In this document: in pieces, positions 57,222 to 64,000 of the stretch
Numbering within the stretch: the stretch's first letter is position 1
Layout of the letters: every line of letters starts with the position of its first letter
NCBI GenBank assembly: GCA_012295275.1
Contig: CM022679.1
Coordinates: 7,874,001-7,938,000, forward strand
Origin: Chrysomallon squamiferum
Taxonomy: Eukaryota; Animalia; Mollusca
Reading direction: 5' to 3'
Length of the DNA: 64,000 bases
The notes under the pieces: model-generated
Told to the model about the DNA's origin: nothing
What the model saw: the letters and a program-made list of their open reading frames with translations, nothing else
Databases searched by the model: none
Program-made: the position numbers and the translations under genes

Positions 57222-57380
57222 TGAATGATGATGATGATACATTTAATAATAATTTGAAATCAAAAAGATTCAAGTGCTAACAACAAATTAAATTAATAAA
57301 TTAGTTAAAAAATTCACCTGAGGTTCTGACAGTCCTTCTGTTTCCACATCTTCAACATGTTCTGCTTCCATGAATAGTTT
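41715..57380 (-). CDS. Multi-exon gene, uncharacterised protein with hydrophobic (predicted multi-pass membrane) C-terminal region; 24 exons, about 837 codons in this span
   Basis: All exons bounded by AG/GT with matching phases: E3 57380-57318, E4 56759-56682, E5 56275-56174, E6 55319-55192, E7 54743-54639 (1 nt short), E8 53864-53747, E9 53041-52944, E10 52411-52331, E11 51921-51837, E12 50837-50736, E13 50297-50266, E14 49990-49897, E15 49371-49280, E16 48784-48704, E17 48319-48200, E18 47635-47453, E19 46810-46688, E20 46084-45995, E21 45519-45405, E22 44866-44710, E23 44114-44050, E24 43597-43460, E25 42906-42758, E26 41827-41715. Peptides include MLYHWKTFPIVLP, FPGQVHKWRLS, RFLSPKGQEIDLRLF, LWSAHEEAI, TRHPFWRWWNYFHRTWAWTWNSMFLFGVIIPW and GRIPASDGFVARRIAGPGLA. 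The 3' end is unresolved. Confidence 0.9.
41833..42190. repeat. Tandem repeat of about 110 bp abutting the exon-26 acceptor
   Basis: TTTTAATTTAATGAGCAGTAATTTAAATAATATTTTC...TTTAAACTATTGATCTTT repeated about three times. Confidence 0.85.
42465..42752. repeat. Tandem repeat of about 105-110 bp abutting the exon-25 donor
   Basis: TTTTAATGGTAAAATTG.CATGGAAAA...TTAAAGGAAAAATGAAAACATGA three times. Confidence 0.85.
43116..43260 (-). mobile_element. Dispersed repeat (retroelement 3'-end-like), copy 1, in intron 24
   Basis: Its reverse complement aligns with 63370-63530 (TTTAGG..TGAATATTC...TCTGATTAGAC...GGAGGACAAAGTCCAATC...AAATGTCAGATGC). Confidence 0.7.
44485..44712. repeat. Tandem repeat of about 70 bp containing copies of the exon-22 splice donor
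   Basis: TGAACTCACCAC at 44493, 44561, 44631 and 44701; the last is the real donor. Confidence 0.9.
47741..47995. repeat. (TATG)n microsatellite (second tract at 48361-48490)
   Basis: Direct tetranucleotide runs flanking exon 17. Confidence 0.95.
55375..55778. mobile_element. Degenerate non-autonomous Tigger/pogo-type DNA transposon (Tigger4/MER46-like) in intron 5
   Basis: Starts TA|CAGATTGAGAATCTTTTATCTAAAATG; internal GATTTTTTTAGATTTTGGAATA, AGTCTAAAAATGAATTCCATTTAT and AAAGTTTGTGTA; ends with degenerate inverted terminus ACTGAACCTG. Family resemblance is from recall of the consensus. Confidence 0.6.
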
Positions 57381-58173
57381 CTAATCTAATTTATAACAAA
57401 GAAATTCTTAATCTATATATATATATATATATAAACAATAAAATATGTAAATGGACCTTCACTGAAGCCAAAATTAATTAAATTAAATTTAATAAAAGTT
57501 ATGAGTGCTGAAGAGAAGAAAAATATTTTAAAAAGGCTTTAATATACATATATATATAATTATTTAAATATATATCACTGCTAAATTATTATAAATATAC
57601 TGTTAGCTTGAACAATTAAATAAAGAGAGCACACAAAGTGATTAGGAGTCTGATTTACAAGATAACATTTAACTTGAACATCTTACAAATTGCAACATAT
57701 TCAGTAACACTTGAAGTAGACACTTGACACTGCAAAACAACACAATTATAAATATATCAGATTTCTTCCTGCATTGTGTAAACAAATCATTGTTAGGAAA
57801 CTAAAATTGTATTGGTCATTTTCACTCACTCTGTGAGTGTGTTTGTGTGTCTAAATATTATTATTATTATTATTATTAACAATTATGTAACATAGAAGTT
57901 CCAATAATCTACAGATTATTTTTAACAGTGGTACAGTTTACATATAAAGTTATTTTATATTAGGTGTATATAACTTATTCCTTGTAAATGTTTTAATACA
58001 TAGTCTACAGAGACTGAATTTAAAAATTTAGAATGTAAAATGTTTTGAATCAATATTGAAGGCTCTGTTGTGTGTCCATCCTTTAAAATGACATCCTCAA
58101 GGAAATGGAATCTGACAGTTAAAACAATTCTCTACTGTTTTGTTTCAAAATTCATTTACATAGATTCCGTCAC

Positions 58174-58838
58174 CAAACCTTTCTTATTTTGTGTGCCTGC
58201 TTTCAGCCTGGCAAATTTTATACTGCTGAACTGGAAAAAAAGGTATTGTTTCACATCCCATTTGTACTGCATTTCAACCTCAACACAGTAATAAAAATCA
58301 GAATCTTCAGTCATAAAATGATAAATATCTTCCCCACTGCCACAGGCAACTCTTGTACTTGGCCTACCTGAGATTTACACAGTTAGTAATAAACATTTAG
58401 AAAAATATATTAGGTATTTTCTGTTCAATCTACTTTACGCTTTTTCAACTGAAGTATCGTAATAAGGAAGAAAGAAAAAGTTAGACTAGTGAAAATGTAG
58501 AAATAGTAATGAACTTGTTACTTTTGTCGCCATGTATGAACTATACTACTAACATTTTATGATGAACTTGTAAATTTATTGTATTAAAATAAACAGATGA
58601 AAATGACTGTCGTGCATGAGTCATCTGATCTGAGATCGTTTTCAAAAGCATTCTTTCTACTATTAATTTCATCAATCAGCTGACAGATTAAAATCGAAGA
58701 TAAAAATTTCCACCTGATAGATTTTCACAGGCAATGCCTTCGCTTATTCCTGACAACAATGGCTGGCAAAGCTGACACAATTTGGGTCGAATAAATAATA
58801 CATTAAAATTTATTCAGTGTCTCACCTATCTGTATCAT
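58174..58838 (-). CDS. Tentative exons 1-2 of the multi-exon gene (E1 CDS 58838-58826 MIQI/G; E2 58367-58174)
   Basis: ATG ATA CAG ATA G|gtgaga (phase 1) joins ctcag|GT AGG CCA... to give MIQIGRPSTRVACGSGEDIYHF...NKKGL. Donor gtgacg gives phase 0, matching E3. The donor choice for E2 is uncertain. Confidence 0.55.
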
Positions 58839-58889
58839 TTCCTGTAAAGTGTATATACCTTGTCAAATGTTGTTACTTAATAGGTACAC

Positions 58890-59030
58890 TAAAGACAGGC
58901 TTCTCGCGAAATGAAAACAAACACATTTCTCGTCTGGAACGAGACTATGCGAGAACAGGAAGTTCATCCTATAAGGATGAGGATGGAATTAATCGATCGT
59001 GTTGGGAAAATTGATATCTCGTTTTCATCG
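58890..59030. promoter_or_regulatory. CpG-containing promoter region between the multi-exon gene and the tRNA
   Basis: Local CpG enrichment, TCTCGCGA (CGCG-element-like) at 58902-58909, ETS-like AGGAAGT near 58957. Lies immediately upstream of both divergent genes. Confidence 0.45.
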
Positions 59031-59103
59031 GGCCTCGTGGCCTAATGGATAAGGCGTCTGACTTCGAATCAGAAGATTGCGAGTTCGAGTCTCGTCGGGG
59101 TCG
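59031..59103 (+). tRNA. tRNA-Arg-TCG: tRNA-Arg, anticodon TCG
   Basis: 73-nt cloverleaf: acceptor GGCCTCG/CGGGGTC, A-box TGGCCTAATGG, anticodon stem TCTGA/TCAGA with loop CTTCGAA, T arm GCGAG-TTCGAGT-CTCGT. Closely resembles metazoan tRNA-Arg(TCG). Confidence 0.96.
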
Positions 59104-59116
59104 AAAATACGTTCGA

Positions 59117-59121
59117 TTTTT
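59117..59121 (+). terminator. Pol III terminator (T5) of tRNA-Arg
   Basis: TTTTT 13 nt downstream of the tRNA 3' end. Confidence 0.7.
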
Positions 59122-61181
59122 GTATAAATGGCAAATCAATAATTTTACACACTTCCAACAGCGACCGAATTATTCAGACATGTTGCCCTGACTTGGAAAC
59201 TCTGCTTACAGTTACAGAAGTAAAACATAAAATTATAGCATCATGTGGCTTGTATGTTATTCTGATTATATATACATATAAATATAAATTAATACTGCAC
59301 AGTATCATTATGCATATAAATTAATATAACACACACGAAGATAAAACAATTTAAATTTTGGAAAAAAAAAAAAAAAAATTCTTGTGAGATATTCATTACT
59401 GCTAATTGGTAATGTCAGCCCATAGCGTAACTAGTAGAATTGATATTTTCTTGTAAATTAATTGTTACAGAAGAACGATGCATCCTCTCAGTAACGCTGC
59501 CTCGGAGTTAACATTACCTTGATTATTTTCCTTCATTTATTTTATTTTATTATTAATTTATATCTTATTATTATGATGCTGATGACTGTGATATGATTAT
59601 GAAAATTATATAGAATGAAATGTTGTTCTTCTTGGGGTTTTCTGATGTTTTGGGGGTGTTTTTGGGTTGTATTTTTTGTTGTTAAAATTAAATTTTATTT
59701 TGTATGTTTTGTTTTAAACGTAGAATTACAAAGAGCAATAGGTATAAATAAATGAATACGTACGAAGGTCAACGTCCTATAATGATGCACGTGCTTCACG
59801 TCTGATGTAGGACAACCAAAGGTCACGCATTATATACATGTCTTCTGTTATATATCCATAAAATAAATAAATAATTAAATAAATAATTAAATATAATGTA
59901 GAACTGCCAGTAATTAAAATTATTGAGAAAAGCTCGTGTCAAGAATCAGTCAACTGTTATATTTTCTCGGACGTAACAGTAACAACTATGAAATAAACGC
60001 TTACAACAATATCAAATTAATATCACTGGCTATTTCGATGAAAGGGGATTACAATCCTTGTTGTTTTGTTTATAGTATAGTATTTTATTTTATTTTATTA
60101 CTTATTATATTATATTATATAGCGTATCATATTATTTTATATTACATTGTATTATATCATTATATTATATTATATTATATATTTGTTATATAATTTTATA
60201 TTTCATTTTTTTTTTTTTTTTTTTTAATTTGTAAAACCACATGGGTTTTTGTTCCATTATTTTACATAAATCCAGAGCAACTGGGTCGTTCATCCCTACT
60301 GAAACTCTAGCAGGCGTTTTGCGTTGTATACTGAAAGCATACAGACACTAGTTCCAGCAGAATCCAAACATTGTAAAACGTAAAAAAAGTATACAGCGGA
60401 TTATTAACAATGTGTTTTCGTGCACTTTAAAACGAAATAAATAAATCCAAGGCCATTAATCGTTCAAAAGAATAAATAATAATAAAGAATCTCTTGAAGA
60501 GGAATAAAGACCTTCAGTACTATAAAAAGAAATCGAAGTATTTATAAATAATACAAAGTTGAAATGCGGTCCGTACAAAAAATTCCAGAGAAGGGAGTTG
60601 AGAACTTGATCCTTCCCGGTCAGTTTTATCTCAATTTATTTATCTATTTTTTATTTTATTTTATTTTTTTCTTAATCTATTTAAAGAATACCTGATTAAT
60701 TAAGTACTTGTAGTAGTGGTAGCAGTAGTAGCAGTTGTTGTTTTTGTAATAATGTTAGTAATAGATGATGGTGATGATGATGATGACAACCTAATATTGT
60801 AATGCACCTGAAAATGATTACAGGCCTGCATGTATATTCGCCAAAATAAAATTATATTTGTTTCTTTACCTTACTGGTGTTGACACCTTTATACTTGTAA
60901 CTGGCGGAACCACTCACATTATCCTGTCAATAATTTAAACTCCGGTGTGGCCGGGAGCAGTTTACAATAATAATTTTATCACAATTACAGCTCAGCTTCG
61001 ACGTTCAGTGGCTTTTTTCCAAGAAAGGATTCTTAAGGACACAATGTATTCTCAGAATAACTGAAAAAAGACCCTTTGACGCTTACATATTCGTTCCTGG
61101 AAGCCAGTTCTTCTCAACTTGAAGGATTATATGCAGGACTGTAATAAAAGGAACGCAAATGAAAACTGACTACAAAGATAA

Positions 61182-61187
61182 TTTATT
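61182..61187 (-). promoter_or_regulatory. Polyadenylation signal AATAAA of the actin gene
   Basis: TTTATT on the + strand, about 130 nt after the stop codon. Confidence 0.55.
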
Positions 61188-61314
61188 GATCTATTGCTAA
61201 TACCATAACTACACACATATCATAAATTTAACATACAATAATACAGACAATACTGTTACACTTGGTTTTTCTAATTATATCTAATTTGAAATAGATCACG
61301 ACTGAGGTAAACGA

Positions 61315-62318
61315 TCAGAAACATTTTCTGTGAACTACTCCAGGACCCGTTTCTTCATATTCCTGCTTCGTGATCCACATTTGCTGAAAGGTGGAAAGCG
61401 AGGCTAAAATGGACCCACCTATCCACACGGAATATTTTCTTTCCGGAGGAGCGATAACCTTGACCTTCATCACCTGTGGGGCATGATTGGATACTTCCAT
61501 GCTTAATCTTTCTGCCATCCCAGGGAACATCGTCGTCCCGCCAGACATGACGATGTTGGTGTAGAGATCTTTACGAATGTCCACGTCGCACTTCTGAATG
61601 GAATCAAACGTGCACTCCTGTATGCCAGGCGACTCCATTCCAACAAAAGAAGGCTGAAAGAGGGATTCGACGCATCTGAATCTTTCGTTGCCAACCGAAA
61701 TGATCTGTCCGTCTGGCAGTTCGTAATTCGTCTCCAAGTCGTCAGTAGTCGCCGACGTTTTCATATCCCGATCGAAGTCCTGACTGACGAACGCAAGCTT
61801 CTCTTTGATGTCCCTGACGATCTCTCGCTCGGCAGAAGTCGTAAACGAGTACCCGCGCTCGGTGAGGATCTTCATCAAGTACTCCGTGACGTCACGACCC
61901 GCCAGGTCTAGCCTGACGATCGCGTGCGGCATGGAATAACCTTCGTAGATGGGCACGTTATGCGTGACCCGTCGCCGGAGTCCAAAACGATGCCCGTCGT
62001 TCGTCCCGAGGCGTACAGCGACAGCACGGCTTGGATGGAGACGTAAAATGCTGGCGTTTTGAACACGTCGAACATTAACGTGAGCATTTTCTCGCGGTTC
62101 ATCTTTGGGTTGAGGGGCGCCTCTGTCATGAGCACGGGGTGTTCTTCCGGAGATATCCGCAGCTCGTTGTAGAATGTGTGGTGCCAGATTTTCTCCATGT
62201 CATCCCAGTTAGTGACGATCCCGTGCTCTATTGGATACATCAAGCTCAGTACGCCCCTTTTATTCTGTGCCTCTTCGCCAATGTAGGAGTCCTTTTTCTC
62301 CGTTCCAACCATAACTCC
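61315..62318 (-). CDS. act: Divergent actin, last coding exon (residue 42 to C-terminus), with an apparent 1-nt deletion at 61968-61970
   Basis: Two overlapping ORFs give GVMVG...[27 protein letters not shown]...[13 protein letters not shown] / [11 protein letters not shown]...[32 protein letters not shown]...VHRKCF*. Acceptor ttttcag ends at 62319, the classic phase-0 actin intron between codons 41 and 42. Residues 1-41 were not found in the window. Confidence 0.95.
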
Positions 62319-63312
62319 CTGAAAAGCAGAAGAAATTATAAAAATTCTTAAATAATTTATGTTCAAAAGGATTATTAAATGTATAAATCTGGAAGCAGTA
62401 CTTATTCGTTACTGTGGGATAAGAAAAGTATTTCGTGTGGGCGCCTATAGTTATTTAAGTCATTATAGAAGGATACATTTTCATACACTCCGATTTTGTG
62501 TAAACACATATGAACAGCGTTTTAACTGAGCAGGTTGATGTCGTCTCATTTGGTTGACTTCCCATTTGGTCGAAATAACTCGTCTACCGAAATACCTGAT
62601 TACCTGGCCTCTTCATGTTCATACAATTTTTTTTATATATATAGACAGACAATGGTTTATTTACCAACGTACATAAATCTGACTACCTTGTGCATGTAAT
62701 GAACATGGGCTCTTCATAGTTTTTCATAGTTTCTCCATGGCCTTTTGTGACTAAAATTCTGTACATACAAACTTTCATTAGAGAAGGACAATGTTGTTTT
62801 TTTTTGGCTTTTTTTTACCAAGATATGTTCTCCATGGTCTATTGACTATATAAGAAGTTTTTGAAAAACAAAAACAAATCACATTTACCATTCTGAGAAT
62901 GGCTGATCTAGGCAAGGTATAATTAGTGCAGTCAAATCTTGTTAAGCAGGAATTATATTTTATTGATACAGACTGTAATATGATCCAGTGTACATAAATC
63001 TATTGTCATTGACTATCAGTACGAATATCTGTGAAGTAATATGCAATATTTCCCAAGACACACATCAATCGTCATTGAAGTGATTATATTCTCTCATGGG
63101 CTGGCAACATTTAGAAAGTTTAAACACTCTGATTAGCTCCTGTCTGTCTCTCGCAAATAGCTTATAGTCGAATGTATCTATTTGTTTTTGTATGTGTGTT
63201 GTGTGTGTATTTAGGTATGAACTGAAACTGAAACTGAAACTGAAAACAATTAACGTGCTAATCAGAGCTAGCTGTTGTGAAGCACGTCTACGACGGGCAC
63301 ACTTTCTGACAG

Positions 63313-63334
63313 GTCGAATGTATCTATTTGTTTT

Positions 63335-63369
<35 letters not shown>

Positions 63370-63560
63370 GTGTGTTTAGGTATGAATATTCTCCGTCTTA
63401 TTTTAGTCTGATTAGACTGCACGCAGACAGCATTCGAGAACAAACTGGAACAGGAGGACAAAGTCCAATCGCGACCTCAGAAATGTCAGATGCCATCAAC
63501 GAGATTTGTATGCCGAATAAATAAATAAATGAAATGAAATGAAAAGAAATAAATAATAAA
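63313..63560 (+). mobile_element. Dispersed repeat, copy 2, with (ATAA)n/(ATGAA)n tail
   Basis: Same core as 43116-43260 in the opposite orientation, ending in a simple-repeat tail typical of LINE/SINE 3' ends. Confidence 0.7.
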
Positions 63561-63961
63561 GAAGCCACAGTTCTTAATGAATACGGTTTTGCAGTTATTA
63601 ATACAAACACTTGTACGTTTTTAGTATAAAAACATCTAATATTTTACGTCAGTAATAAAATTAGTTTGAACAACAATAACAGAAAAAAATGAAACATAAA
63701 ATAATAATAAAAAAAAATTATAATTGTGTGAAAAATTATTTGGTAGCTAAACAGAGTTTTACTGAAATATTAAAAAAAAGATTTACATATCCAGTTTGAT
63801 ATCTATGTGGATAATATACCCGATACATGTTATTTCTAAAGAAAATATACATTTTTAATTCTAGTTCTTTAAATATAACAGAGTTTATCGTGGTAAACTT
63901 TCGAACATAAAAACAAAAAACAAAATAAAATAAAATATAGTTAGTGTATTTAAAAATAACG

Positions 63962-63997
<36 letters not shown>

Positions 63998-64000
63998 AAT

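Noticed and set aside
58522-58533. ATG GCG ACA AAA|gtaaca as first exon
   Set aside because: A phase-0 join to E2 reaches TGA after 18 codons; the 58838 start fits phase. It could only work by splicing directly to E3, for which I have no evidence.
61908-62366. ORF-track start [16 protein letters not shown] and tail SRITCPSTK... as a separate protein
   Set aside because: The N-terminal part is intron upstream of the acceptor at 62319, and the tail is out-of-frame read-through after the 1-nt deletion.

Overview
AT-rich, microsatellite-rich animal genomic DNA with spliceosomal introns; a mollusc-like invertebrate is my inference from repeat style and gene content. Three protein-coding loci and one tRNA are supported. 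(1) A + strand BTB/POZ-BACK protein (BTBD17-like, no Kelch repeats), main coding exon 9785-10971, probably with a first exon ending at 2467. (2) A - strand gene of at least 24 and probably 26 or more short exons (58838 down to at least 41715), absent from the ORF track as a unit. I rebuilt it by splice-phase matching; it encodes an uncharacterised protein of about 900 aa or more with a hydrophobic C-terminal region. (3) A divergent actin (- strand, 61315-62318; first exon not found in the window). tRNA-Arg(TCG) at 59031-59103 lies head-to-head with gene 2. Gene 2 and the actin each carry the same lesion, a CCC where CCCC would restore the frame, most likely consensus errors. Most notable observations: a 19-nt perfect inverted match between intron 4 and exon 8 of gene 2 that brackets an in-frame-skippable block containing the frameshift, repeated tandem duplication of splice sites, a Tigger4/MER46-like transposon relic, and CpG-decay contrasts. 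The 11-41 kb interval has no gene I can support. Most ORF-track entries are microsatellite translations.
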